Counted from the first letter of the stretch, positions 19,083-29,686 are shown. The stretch is DNA of 64,000 bases from an uncultured Rickettsiales bacterium (GCA_947167315.1 CAMVHP010000001.1:4021-68020); one strand, 5' to 3'. Made by a program: numbers and translations. The notes: generated from the sequence alone by a model not told the origin.

Positions 19083-19817
19083 TTAATCTTCGGATGTTGT
19101 GCTTGAAGTATTATCTTCTAACACCGTTGGTACTATAGTTAAGCTACCGGATAATGGTAAACCATCATCTATTTTATTGTCAAGCGAAACTAATACAGAA
19201 GCATCAATACCACCAGTGGAACTACCATAATTCTCTACAGCCAATCTATTTATTTGATTATAGCTCCCATCTATATCATCTCCTCTAACATAGACAAATA
19301 GTTCCCTAAGCCCCTTTATTGTAGGGTAGTAGTTTCCCTCTCTTATCTCAGCTCTGGTGTTTAACTGTTCATTGGAACCTACGTAGTCATTATCCAGAAG
19401 ACCAGCTAAACATAGATGTTGGAAAAAGTTTAAGCTTTCAGCATTAGTTACCTCTCCGGATTCATTTATTAGGTAATCATTGGATTTGTTTTTATCTATT
19501 TTGGATTTGGCTTTGGGACCTAATTTGCTCTGGGGATCCTCCAGTATACCCGGAAGATTACCATATTTAGCCTGAAAGGTTTCGGTGGCTACCACATAGT
19601 TGTTTAGTTCTCGGGTGATGTTAACTATCTTGGAGGCGCTTATCATGTTAGAGGCTTTAACCACTCCTAATATTAGTAAACCCAATATGACTAATACTAT
19701 GGACAACTCTATGAGAGAAAAGGCTGAAAGTGAGGTGGTAACTATATTGTTGGTTGCGACATCATTAACGTCAGTGTTAATGTTAGTATTAGTTTTATCG
19801 ATATTTTGTAACATCAT
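19083..19817 (-). CDS. Type IV pilin / pseudopilin with a long leader peptide
   Basis: Class III signal ...SLSA|FSLIELSIVLVILGLLILGV with Glu at +5, preceded by a 32-aa leader. A strong GGAGAA RBS sits 5 nt upstream of the ATG. Confidence 0.75.
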   Translation of the reverse strand: MMLQNIDKTNTNINTDVNDVATNNIVTTSLSAFSLIELSIVLVILGLLILGVVKASNMISASKIVNITRELNNYVVATETFQAKYGNLPGILEDPQSKLGPKAKSKIDKNKSNDYLINESGEVTNAESLNFFQHLCLAGLLDNDYVGSNEQLNTRAEIREGNYYPTIKGLRELFVYVRGDDIDGSYNQINRLAVENYGSSTGGIDASVLVSLDNKIDDGLPLSGSLTIVPTVLEDNTSSTTSED

Positions 19818-19962
19818 TATTCTCCATTTTTATTGTGATGGTATATAAAAACTATAATATGGGGCAATATGTTTAAACATTATTATTACAATTCACATAT
19901 AAACTCAATACCCACAGTAAACACAACTCACTCACCACCACGTCCATAAATTGTGTTCACTT

Positions 19963-19985
19963 AAAAAAACAACTACAGTGTAGTT
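19963..19985 (-). terminator. Weak hairpin plus U-tract just downstream of ferritin
   Basis: On the minus strand: AACTAC-ACT-GTAGTT followed by GTTTTTTT. The stem is only 6 bp. Confidence 0.35.
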
Positions 19986-20477
19986 TTATTCTCTTTTACC
20001 AGCTTCAGAATCAACAAACATCAAAGCAGATTGTGAATCTCCGGCCATTTTTATTTTTGCCAACATGGCACTGGCGTTTGACTCTTCCTCAACCTGTTCA
20101 TCAATGTACCACTTCAGTAAACTCATTGTGGCACGATCATTTTCCTTTTCGGCAATATTATACAGGTCGTATATATTTCTTGTGGTTTGTTCTTCTCTTT
20201 TCAAAATATCCTCGTACACAGCTGCTATATTTTCCCAGTCCTGTCTTGGCTTCTCAATCTCTTTAACTTCAACCCTACCTTGTCTTTCAAAAACATATCT
20301 ATAAAATTTCATTCCATGTTCCTGTTCTTCTTCGAATTGTTTTAGGTTCCACTTTGCAAAACCGCACAGGTTATGCTCTTCACACCAGCTAGCTATTGAT
20401 AAATAGAGAAAAGCATTATCAAATTCATTTTTTATCTGAACATTAATTGCTTCTAAAACTTTTTCAGATATTTTCAT
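19986..20477 (-). CDS. ftn: Non-heme ferritin
   Basis: Colinear by eye with E. coli FtnA (INVQIKNEFDNAFLYLSIASW..., EEEQEHGMKF, KWYIDEQVEEE). I chose the start at the ATG preceded by AAGGGGGA. The longer ORF reaches 20507. Confidence 0.85.
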   Translation of the reverse strand: MKISEKVLEAINVQIKNEFDNAFLYLSIASWCEEHNLCGFAKWNLKQFEEEQEHGMKFYRYVFERQGRVEVKEIEKPRQDWENIAAVYEDILKREEQTTRNIYDLYNIAEKENDRATMSLLKWYIDEQVEEESNASAMLAKIKMAGDSQSALMFVDSEAGKRE

Positions 20478-20546
20478 GTTGTCCCCCTTAGTTGATAACG
20501 TGTACACCGCGATTATATAATCGTATTTTTAATATTTCAATAAAAA

Positions 20547-21149
20547 TTATAGATATTTATAACTGCCATCATCATATTTTACAAAACAATGATTTTGATT
20601 AAATTTTAAATTCATTCTATTGTTCATTATTTCCTCTTTTGTTTTTCCGGACAGAATTTCAGCAATAACAGAACAGACACCCTGATGCCCAACAAATACC
20701 ATATCCTTCACATCCTTGTATTTATCCAAAAATTTCATAATCCTTTCATACTCACTGGCGAAACTTTCTCCACCGCCGGGGTAACACCAATTCCATGGAT
20801 CTTTTTCTCTTTCCTCCAATTCCTTTTTGTACTTTATTTTAGCTTCTTCTTTTGTCATGTTTTCAAGATACCCTTTATATTTAGTCTTTATAAGAGGTTC
20901 TATTTCTATAATGTTTGTATATTCCACACCCAAAATTTCCATTATTATCTGCAGCGTGTGTTGAGTTCTCATTTTTGGACTGGATATAAACCTATATTTT
21001 GTAAAGTCCTGCTTTTCATCAAGTAATCTATAGCCAAGAGATTTAGCCTGATCTATTCCTTTTATTGTTAACAGAACCTCACTGTCACCACCAAATTTAT
21101 TATGTTTATTACCGTAGGTTTCACAGTGTCTTATGTTATATATAGCCAT
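20547..21149 (-). CDS. Histidine phosphatase (phosphoglycerate mutase-like) family protein
   Basis: N-terminal IRHCETYGN (the RHG-type catalytic motif with Cys in place of Gly) and a distal VGHQGV His motif. Confidence 0.7.
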   Translation of the reverse strand: MAIYNIRHCETYGNKHNKFGGDSEVLLTIKGIDQAKSLGYRLLDEKQDFTKYRFISSPKMRTQHTLQIIMEILGVEYTNIIEIEPLIKTKYKGYLENMTKEEAKIKYKKELEEREKDPWNWCYPGGGESFASEYERIMKFLDKYKDVKDMVFVGHQGVCSVIAEILSGKTKEEIMNNRMNLKFNQNHCFVKYDDGSYKYL

Positions 21150-21339
21150 ATTATGTTATGTTGTTTGTTTTTTTTGAAATGATATACAATTTTTTTAATT
21201 TGTCAATTTACGCCAACAATCATTTAATACATTTTTGTTGGACATAGGTCTTTGAATTTTTTATTTTATTTTTTATTGAAAATAATATTTTTTATAATAC
21301 CATTGTGGAGATTTATTAACAACAACTTAGTTTTTTGGT

Positions 21340-22125
21340 ATGAGTGAGAAAAAAAAATGTAAAATAGGAGAATGTTTTAAAAATATGACTTGTGAATTGA
21401 AACTTGCTTATGTTTTAATAATCGTTCTTCTAATCAGTAACATCTTTATATTTTTAAAATTGGCATCCTGTTGTAAAGATGGTCAGGGTGGACAATTCAA
21501 AAAATATATAGATGAAAACCCAAAAGTTATTCTTGATTCAGTTCAAAGATATGTTGAAAAGGAGCAAGCTAAAGCTCAAAAACAACAGCAGGAACAGATG
21601 GATGTTAATGTTAAGAAAAACATTGCCAGAATAAGAGATGAAAAGAATACAGGTGTAGCAAATCCAGATGGTAAAAAGATTATAGTTGAATTTTACGACT
21701 ATAACTGCGGTTACTGTAAAATGGCTTCAAAAGCAGTTGATGCTATAGCTAAAAGTGACAAAAATGTAAAAGTTATATTTAGAGACTTTCCAATATTTGG
21801 TGGAACATCCACAGATGCCGCCAAATATTCAATAGCTGTTGCTATGACAACACCAAATAAGTTCCTAGACTTCCACACCGCTTTAATGTCCGGAGAAGCA
21901 AAATCAATAGACAATATTGAAGAAGCATTAAAGAAAGCTAAAATTTCTGTTGAAAGAATCAGAAGAACTCTAAAAACAAGAGAAAAAGATATTGAAAAGA
22001 GACTTGAAGACAACAGAAGACTTGGAGAAGATATTGGTATAAGAGGAACACCAGCATTTTTAGTTGGTGAAGAATTTGTACCTGGATATGTTGATGAAAA
22101 TACTTTAAGAGGAATGTTAAAATAA
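21340..22125 (+). CDS. DsbA-family thiol:disulfide oxidoreductase, membrane anchored
   Basis: N-terminal TM helix, thioredoxin-fold active site YNCGYCK, and cis-Pro loop region RGTPAFLVG. Confidence 0.8.
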   Translation: MSEKKKCKIGECFKNMTCELKLAYVLIIVLLISNIFIFLKLASCCKDGQGGQFKKYIDENPKVILDSVQRYVEKEQAKAQKQQQEQMDVNVKKNIARIRDEKNTGVANPDGKKIIVEFYDYNCGYCKMASKAVDAIAKSDKNVKVIFRDFPIFGGTSTDAAKYSIAVAMTTPNKFLDFHTALMSGEAKSIDNIEEALKKAKISVERIRRTLKTREKDIEKRLEDNRRLGEDIGIRGTPAFLVGEEFVPGYVDENTLRGMLK

Positions 22126-22147
22126 TTTTCATGAACGAAAATATAAA

Positions 22148-23041
22148 ATGAAAAAAATATCATTAATTTTGTTGTGTCTGTTAGCGACGGTTTCCTGTAC
22201 ACGTTTCAGTAGACTGAAAAAACTCGAAAGTACATTGGAACAGAGCAATGATTTTAATGATATTTTAGCATTGAAATACTTAAGATATTCCGATATTCTA
22301 AAAAGGAATTATGACTATACAAGCTCAAGTTACTTTGCTAAACTTGGGCTTGAATCCTATAACAGAAAGAATAAATTTTCTTTGGTTTTGGACGACACGA
22401 TGAAGGACACAAAACCAGAAACGCTAGCTGATTTATATTTTTTGTTTAACTGTTGGTTATATTTTGAAACAAATAATAAAAACATCGGTGAAGCTACAAT
22501 TTGCAAGGATTCGTTCACAAAACTAACTAATTTATTGGAAAAGAATAAAAACATAGCTCTACAAAATAAAGTCGTTGATGAAGATGATGATGAGACAAAA
22601 TTTCTAACAAAAGAAGAAGAGTTATATTTTATTGAATTTTCCAAACAAAAAACAATAAACATATTTTTTGACTACGATAATTTTAAACTAAATCCGGAAG
22701 CTCTTGTTAAAATAAGTTCGGTTTTGAAGTATATAAATGGATTAAAAGAAGATTACAAAGTATTAGTGGTTGGACATGCTGATAGAGCTGGTAAAGTCAT
22801 ATACAATAATACATTAGCCAGAAAAAGAGCAAACACCGTTTACAATGTTTTGATTAAAAACGGAGTTCCAAGAGAACTTGTTACAGTAGAAAGTTTAAGC
22901 TCTAAATCTCCAAAGGTTTTAAACAGACAAAATGAAAAAAATCAACTTAATAGAAGGGTTGAAATTACCATAATCACAGATCAAAAATCACTTGACCTTA
23001 ATCCTCAAACTCTGAAATTTAACACAAATATTAATAAATAA
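22148..23041 (+). CDS. OmpA-domain lipoprotein
   Basis: Lipobox LLATVSC and a C-terminal OmpA/MotB peptidoglycan-binding domain (VVGHADRAG...NNTLARKRANTV...NRRVEITI). Confidence 0.75.
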   Translation: MKKISLILLCLLATVSCTRFSRLKKLESTLEQSNDFNDILALKYLRYSDILKRNYDYTSSSYFAKLGLESYNRKNKFSLVLDDTMKDTKPETLADLYFLFNCWLYFETNNKNIGEATICKDSFTKLTNLLEKNKNIALQNKVVDEDDDETKFLTKEEELYFIEFSKQKTINIFFDYDNFKLNPEALVKISSVLKYINGLKEDYKVLVVGHADRAGKVIYNNTLARKRANTVYNVLIKNGVPRELVTVESLSSKSPKVLNRQNEKNQLNRRVEITIITDQKSLDLNPQTLKFNTNINK

Positions 23042-23050
23042 TTAATATTC

Positions 23051-23079
23051 TTGAAAATAAAAAAACACAACAATATAAT
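23051..23079 (+). promoter_or_regulatory. Sigma70-like promoter for tRNA-Gly (TTGAAA-17 nt-TATAAT)
   Basis: TTGAAA at 23051-23056, a 17-nt spacer, TATAAT at 23074-23079, 15 nt upstream of the tRNA 5' end. Confidence 0.5.
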
Positions 23080-23094
23080 ACAATTGAATCCAGT

Positions 23095-23168
23095 GCGAGT
23101 ATAATTTAGTGGTAAAATGTAAGCTTCCCAAGCTTGATTCGCGGGTCCGATTCCCGCTACTCGCACCA
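23095..23168 (+). tRNA. tRNA-Gly (anticodon CCC), CCA encoded
   Basis: Hand-folded cloverleaf. The 7-bp acceptor stem is GCGAGTA/TACTCGC and the D arm is ATTT/AAAT with a GG loop. The anticodon stem is TAAGC/GCTTG around loop TTCCCAA, and the T stem is GCGGG/CCCGC. The discriminator is A followed by CCA. The T-loop reads TCCGATT, which is non-canonical at position 55. Confidence 0.88.
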
Positions 23169-23288
23169 GTTTTAGAATTCCTCGTCTGTTGCAGATTCTT
23201 CTTTTTAAGTAAGCATTTCACGGCACAAAATCCTAGTTTGATAAAAAACTTTTTAACAATTTTTTAATGAATTTTTTAACTAGTTTGT

Positions 23289-24044
23289 TTAGAAAATAGC
23301 TGTTTTATGCTCAATAGGTTTGATAAATTTACATTTAGGATAGTTACTACACCCAAAGAAATCACCATATTTTCCATTTTTGAGAATTAAACTATGTCCA
23401 CATCTTGGACAAATACCTTGTCGCATCAACCGTTGTTTGGTCACAATCGTATTTTGAACTTCTAATACATGTCGCTTTCTAACTTTAGGTGATACAATGT
23501 TAAGTAAAGAGATTTTATCGCAGAGCTTTTGAATATCATCTTCTGAAAATTTTATATCTGAGTATGTTTTTATTACTCTATTGATTTGAGTGGTATAAAT
23601 AACATTATGTACTGTATTAACCTTCAAATCAGCTCTATTTGAGAAAACGATAATTGATATAAATTTATTAATACTCAAACCTAATTGCCTACAAAGAGCT
23701 GAAATATGAGCTTTATTTTGCCTAATTGGATTATAAAATTTATATTTATTGCCAAACATATTCTTAGTCCAGTATTCAGAATTGTCTGAACCGGTAATCC
23801 AACCTTTATAATTTTTAGTTTCAATTACAAATATTCCATAAATAGAGATAACAAGGTGGTCTATTTGGATTGTTTTGTTATCGGACTTAAACAATACGTC
23901 ATTAATTATTTTATATTTATCGGAAGGAAGAAAAGATAAAATTACTGCAACACATTTCTCCCCTAAATATCCTTTAAGTTTAGGCCGTAAAATTCTGAAC
24001 GTAATATATGCAACAATAAAAAGTATAAATAAAACTATTTCCAT
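23289..24044 (-). CDS. NERD-domain protein with N-terminal TM helix and C-terminal topoisomerase-type C4 zinc ribbon
   Basis: GYLGEKCVAVIL...IQIDHLVISIYGIFVIETKNYKGWI...NPIRQNKAH is the NERD pattern. The C-terminal CPRCGH...FFGCSNYPKCKF is the Topo-type Zn ribbon. Confidence 0.85.
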   Translation of the reverse strand: MEIVLFILFIVAYITFRILRPKLKGYLGEKCVAVILSFLPSDKYKIINDVLFKSDNKTIQIDHLVISIYGIFVIETKNYKGWITGSDNSEYWTKNMFGNKYKFYNPIRQNKAHISALCRQLGLSINKFISIIVFSNRADLKVNTVHNVIYTTQINRVIKTYSDIKFSEDDIQKLCDKISLLNIVSPKVRKRHVLEVQNTIVTKQRLMRQGICPRCGHSLILKNGKYGDFFGCSNYPKCKFIKPIEHKTAIF

Positions 24045-24046
24045 AA

Positions 24047-24634
24047 CTAATTTTTCATAAAATCAGGAATTTTACCACATTCTTTTTTTATTATTTTATT
24101 TAATGTATCGTCAGAATATTCTGTATTTTCTTGAGAGCTAATCTCAATAAAATATTTCATAAATTGTTCAGCACAACAACTACAAAATTTAGGATCTTCT
24201 TTTCCACTAGCTTTAGAATCGTATAAACAAGCTGCATATATTCTGTTATGTTTGTCTTCTAACCTATCTAAAATATCTTTTTCTGATTTAGGAGCATCCT
24301 TATATTCAAATTTAATAACAGGAACTGTTTTGAGAGTATCTTGTTTGTTCGTATATTTATAAACACCATCTCTTACGGCACATTTATTTGATGGAACCTT
24401 TACAATCATATCATCATAATAGTCTATATTAGGTTGCCAATCTAAATACACCAGCTGATTTCGATATGAACAACCATCTAAAAAAGTACATTCATGAGCT
24501 AAAGCTCCGCCATTATTTAATGTCTGAAGCACTTTAAATTCTCTTATACTAATGCAGTTTTCATTATCGCTGAATACGGTTACTGATGTACATCCAAATA
24601 ATAAAACAGATAAAAACAAACAAATTTTTTTCAT
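24047..24634 (-). CDS. Orphan lipoprotein, unknown function
   Basis: Lipobox LLFGC after a signal peptide. The mature part is about 170 aa and holds about 10 more Cys. I recognise no family. It lies 2 nt upstream of the NERD gene on the same strand. Confidence 0.55.
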   Translation of the reverse strand: MKKICLFLSVLLFGCTSVTVFSDNENCISIREFKVLQTLNNGGALAHECTFLDGCSYRNQLVYLDWQPNIDYYDDMIVKVPSNKCAVRDGVYKYTNKQDTLKTVPVIKFEYKDAPKSEKDILDRLEDKHNRIYAACLYDSKASGKEDPKFCSCCAEQFMKYFIEISSQENTEYSDDTLNKIIKKECGKIPDFMKN

Positions 24635-24960
24635 AATAACTTTGGCATTCGGATTGTTTTTTATAATTTTAAGCTAAATATTCATAAAAATCAATAAATA
24701 ACCTTTGATTGTCGGTTATGGTCGCCAAGGTCATTAAGTAAAAGAATTTTGTGTGAAATTTCTTTAAATTCCTCATATTAACTAGTCCAATAATTGCACA
24801 GTACCACGCATCACATTAGATTATTTTGTAAAAACCTATGGAGAAACTCCTGTTGCTTTTATGGTAAATACCGACAAAGATACTGAAACAAAACACCTCA
24901 ATAAAGATCAACATGATAAAATAATTCACCTATTGATATACTTATAACCTACAAACTAAA

Positions 24961-26704
<1,744 letters not shown>

Positions 26705-26729
26705 TTATCAATTGATGGTGATCGAACAA

Positions 26730-26756
26730 TATCCGCCAACCGTTCGTCGGCGGATA
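26730..26756 (-). other. GC-rich hairpin between rpsP and obg (possible terminator or processing element, no clear U-tract)
   Basis: TATCCGCC (26730-26737) pairs with GGCGGATA (26749-26756) across an 11-nt loop. It stands out in an otherwise AT-rich spacer. Confidence 0.35.
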
Positions 26757-26764
26757 CTAACAAA

Positions 26765-27088
26765 CTATTTTTTAGCTTTTTTGTCTTTTTTTGGTTGTCT
26801 TTCCTTTGGTGTAAAAACAGGTTTATATTTTTCAGCACCCTTTACACCTAATTTATTTAAAAATATAGCAACCCTTTCTGTTGGTTCTGCTCCAACACTG
26901 AGCCAGTATTCTATTCTATCGAGTTTTAAATTTAAACGATTTTTAGCATCACTAGCCAATACTGGATCATAATATCCAACTTTTTCTATAAATTTTCCAT
27001 CTCTTGGCGATCTGGAATCTGCTACAACTACATGGTAGAAAGGCAAATTTCTTCTTCCTACTCTAGCTAATCTAATTTTAGTAGACAT
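26765..27088 (-). CDS. rpsP: 30S ribosomal protein S16
   Basis: [42 protein letters not shown] is the canonical S16 N-terminus. The C-terminal tail is basic. Confidence 0.95.
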   Translation of the reverse strand: MSTKIRLARVGRRNLPFYHVVVADSRSPRDGKFIEKVGYYDPVLASDAKNRLNLKLDRIEYWLSVGAEPTERVAIFLNKLGVKGAEKYKPVFTPKERQPKKDKKAKK

Positions 27089-27189
27089 AACAATAACTTT
27101 TATTTATAAATTCCTAGAAGAGGGTTTCTTTGGGAACGTAATAATTGTAAACCGTATAAATTAATATTCAAGAGATTATATAAAAATTC

Positions 27190-27218
27190 TTGACAATAAA
27201 CAAATGAGTAAGTATAAT
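27190..27218 (+). promoter_or_regulatory. Consensus sigma70 promoter for kdsA (TTGACA-17 nt-TATAAT)
   Basis: TTGACA at 27190-27195, a 17-nt spacer, TATAAT at 27213-27218. Both hexamers match consensus perfectly. Confidence 0.6.
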
Positions 27219-27289
27219 ACCGACGTAATCTTTACAGTGATAATGATTTAGATTACTTTTGAAATTAATAACAAAGAAAAGGATTTATT

Positions 27290-28120
27290 ATGAAAAATAG
27301 AGTTTTAAAAGTTGGAAATTTTAAAATCTCAAACAAGGACAGGTTTGTTCTAATGGCTGGACCATGTCAGTTGGAAAACATGGAACACGCCCTTATGATG
27401 GCAAGAGAAATTAAAAAAATATGCGATAAATTAAAGATAAATTACATATTTAAAACATCATTTGATAAAGCCAACAGAACCAGCGTAAAGAGCGCCAGAG
27501 GTGCTGGTATAGATGAGGGTTTAAAGGTATTTAAAAGAATTAAAGAGGAAATTGGTTGCCCTATAGTTACAGACTTTCATTCACCGGAACAAATGAAACA
27601 TCCAATAATCGACTATGTGGATGTCGTACAGGTTCCGGCTTTTCTGTGTAGACAAACGGATCTACTAAAGGCAGCAGCAGAAACTGGCAAAGTTATAAAT
27701 GTTAAAAAAGGTCAGTTTTTATCCCCAAGAGAAACACATAACATAGTTGATAAACTTGACTTTTTTGGAAATCCAAAAGTGATATTGTGCGATAGAGGTA
27801 CAAGTTTTGGGTACAATACACTAATAAACGATATGACCTGTTATCCAATAATGGCAGAAACTGGCTGTCCCGTATGCTGTGATGCTACTCATTCAGTTCA
27901 AAGACCAGGAGCCGGAAATGGATGTACCATTGGAAACAGAGATATGGCGGAAGTTATAGCAAGAGCAGCTGTTGCTGTGGGTGTTGCTGCCGTGTTTATG
28001 GAGGTTCATCAGGATCCAGACAATGCACCGAGTGATGGTCCAAATATGATTAGGCTCGATCACCTAGAAGAAGTTTTAAAAACATTAGTTAAGATTGATA
28101 CGGTCATAAAAGGCAAATAA
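27290..28120 (+). CDS. kdsA: 2-dehydro-3-deoxyphosphooctonate aldolase (KDO8P synthase), metal-dependent type
   Basis: Colinear by eye with E. coli KdsA (FKTSFDKANR, VQVPAFLCRQTDL, INVKKGQF, CDRGTSFGY, DATHSVQ). Cys in AGPCQLEN marks the metallo class. Confidence 0.95.
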   Translation: MKNRVLKVGNFKISNKDRFVLMAGPCQLENMEHALMMAREIKKICDKLKINYIFKTSFDKANRTSVKSARGAGIDEGLKVFKRIKEEIGCPIVTDFHSPEQMKHPIIDYVDVVQVPAFLCRQTDLLKAAAETGKVINVKKGQFLSPRETHNIVDKLDFFGNPKVILCDRGTSFGYNTLINDMTCYPIMAETGCPVCCDATHSVQRPGAGNGCTIGNRDMAEVIARAAVAVGVAAVFMEVHQDPDNAPSDGPNMIRLDHLEEVLKTLVKIDTVIKGK

Positions 28121-28143
28121 CAATCATAGTGTGAATATCTAGT

Positions 28144-28186
28144 AACCGCACTACACTTAAAGATGTAGTGCGGTTTTGTGTTGTTT
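28144..28186 (+). terminator. Rho-independent terminator after kdsA
   Basis: The 12-bp stem AACCGCACTACA (28144-28155) / TGTAGTGCGGTT (28164-28175) has an 8-nt loop and is followed by TTGTGTTGTTT. Confidence 0.7.
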
Positions 28187-28267
28187 ACATATCACTTTTT
28201 TGCAAAAGAAAATATAAAGATATAATGATGAAATGTTTTATAATATTTATCATATATCCCAAACATT

Positions 28268-28296
28268 TTGACAACGTTTATATCAGCCAATAGAAT
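28268..28296 (+). promoter_or_regulatory. Sigma70-like promoter for the pilin-like gene (TTGACA-17 nt-TAGAAT)
   Basis: TTGACA at 28268-28273, a 17-nt spacer, TAGAAT at 28291-28296. A short hairpin ACACCA/TGGTGT (28298-28317) follows. Confidence 0.45.
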
Positions 28297-28344
28297 CACA
28301 CCAGTTAGAATTGGTGTAACTATAGAGTTTTTGAGTATATTTCT

Positions 28345-29091
28345 ATGCTAAACAATAAAATTGCTGTAAAAACTACAACAAATGAACGTGTTACTTTAAT
28401 GGAAATTTTTTCGATTGTAGTAACCATTGGTTTTGTTGTCATTAGCACCACGGTTTCAGTTTCACTAATTGAAAATGCAAAAATAAATAAAACCATTAAC
28501 GAATTAACTAGATATACAACATCTTTCGATTTATACTCCATGAATAGAGATAATCAGCTACCGGGAGATAGTACAGTCGGAGATAATAACGGTAGAATAG
28601 AACATGTAAATATAAACGGTGTTTATGAAGGTATTATTGCATGGAAAGACATGAGAGAATTCGATTACACCGAATATGACAGTAACGAAAGCAATAATAA
28701 AAAATTCTATGAAACCAGTCTAATTGCCAATGGCAATGCACCATTTATAAAAGCCATAAAGGCAACCGTAGGCATTGATTACAACAGTAACATCAACAGC
28801 AATATTATATTTTTATCAAAAAATTTAGATACTCAAGATGTTATAGTCCACACAGAAAATAATAAAATATACAAAAATGCAAACATTATACCACCAGTAA
28901 ACATTAACATTGCCTTTGGTATAGATGAAAAAATAGATGACGGTAAACCGGGAAGTGGAAAAATAGTAGCAACCAACAGTAGACACTATAAGTGTTATAA
29001 AGATGGTAATTATATTATTAGCCCAATCGGAATATTTGTGGATAAAATACACAGATGTGGTATTTTAGCGAAAATAGGAACAGACCAGTAG
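28345..29091 (+). CDS. Divergent pilin-like protein (degenerate class III signal)
   Basis: ...NERVTLMEIFSIVVTIGFVVIS resembles the pilin N-terminal helix with Glu at the +5-equivalent position but lacks Gly/Ala at -1. It shares the C-terminal IDEKIDDGKPGSG motif with the pilin at 19083-19817. Confidence 0.5.
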   Translation: MLNNKIAVKTTTNERVTLMEIFSIVVTIGFVVISTTVSVSLIENAKINKTINELTRYTTSFDLYSMNRDNQLPGDSTVGDNNGRIEHVNINGVYEGIIAWKDMREFDYTEYDSNESNNKKFYETSLIANGNAPFIKAIKATVGIDYNSNINSNIIFLSKNLDTQDVIVHTENNKIYKNANIIPPVNINIAFGIDEKIDDGKPGSGKIVATNSRHYKCYKDGNYIISPIGIFVDKIHRCGILAKIGTDQ

Positions 29092-29108
29092 ATACCGATT
29101 TGGAAATT

Positions 29109-29684
29109 CTAATTCATAGTACTTCTTAGCAGATAAAATTTATTTAAAAAAGAATCCTTTTTTTCACTAAACAATTCGTTGACACTTTCGCAGACGCATG
29201 AAAAGACTTTATCAAGTTCTTTCAATTCAACACCATTAAATCTTTTTAAGACATAATTTATTGTATCCTCTTTATTTTCCGGTCGCCCTATTCCGATTCT
29301 TATTCTATGATAATTTTTACCGATCATTTCATCAATACTCTTTAAACCGTTATGCCCACCGGTGCCACCACCAACTTTATACTTTAATTTACAAAATTCT
29401 AAATCCAAATCATCATGAAAAACAAAAATATTTTCAATTGGTATTTTATAAAATTTTTTTACCTCCGAAACAGCCACACCAGACCTATTCATGTAGGTTT
29501 GTGGTTTTACTATAATTACATCCTCATTAAACATTTTACCGAAAAACAGATCCGCCTTAAATTTCGTTTGATGACTAGAAATGTTGTATTTTTCAATTAT
29601 TTTATCCACACACATGAAACCACAATTGTGTCTTGTTTCTTCATACTCTCTACCAATATTTCCAAGTCCCACCAGCAAAAACAT
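29109..29684 (-). CDS. pth: Peptidyl-tRNA hydrolase
   Basis: LLVGLGNIGREYEETRHNCGF, PQTYMNRSG and GGHNGLKS are canonical Pth blocks. Confidence 0.95.
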   Translation of the reverse strand: MFLLVGLGNIGREYEETRHNCGFMCVDKIIEKYNISSHQTKFKADLFFGKMFNEDVIIVKPQTYMNRSGVAVSEVKKFYKIPIENIFVFHDDLDLEFCKLKYKVGGGTGGHNGLKSIDEMIGKNYHRIRIGIGRPENKEDTINYVLKRFNGVELKELDKVFSCVCESVNELFSEKKDSFLNKFYLLRSTMN

Positions 29685-29686
29685 AA

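Noticed and set aside
23215-24786. Imperfect inverted repeat (ATTTCACGGCACAAAATCC at 23215-23233 versus the reverse complement of GAATTTTGTGTGAAAT at 24744-24759) and a 9-nt direct repeat TTAACTAGT (23276-23284, 24778-24786) bracketing the NERD/lipoprotein genes
   Set aside because: The matches are only 7+7 nt with a 3-nt indel plus a 9-mer. A rough estimate gives about 0.5 chance 9-mer matches between two AT-rich flanks of this size. The IR/DR order is also not the DR-IR...IR-DR expected of a transposon. I do not use it as evidence for mobility.
24797-24816. Weak resemblance of GCACAGTACCACGCATCA to the tRNA-Gly 3' end (CTACTCGCACCA) as a possible attR
   Set aside because: Too few ordered identities and no contiguous match of 8 nt or more. 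This is not distinguishable from chance.
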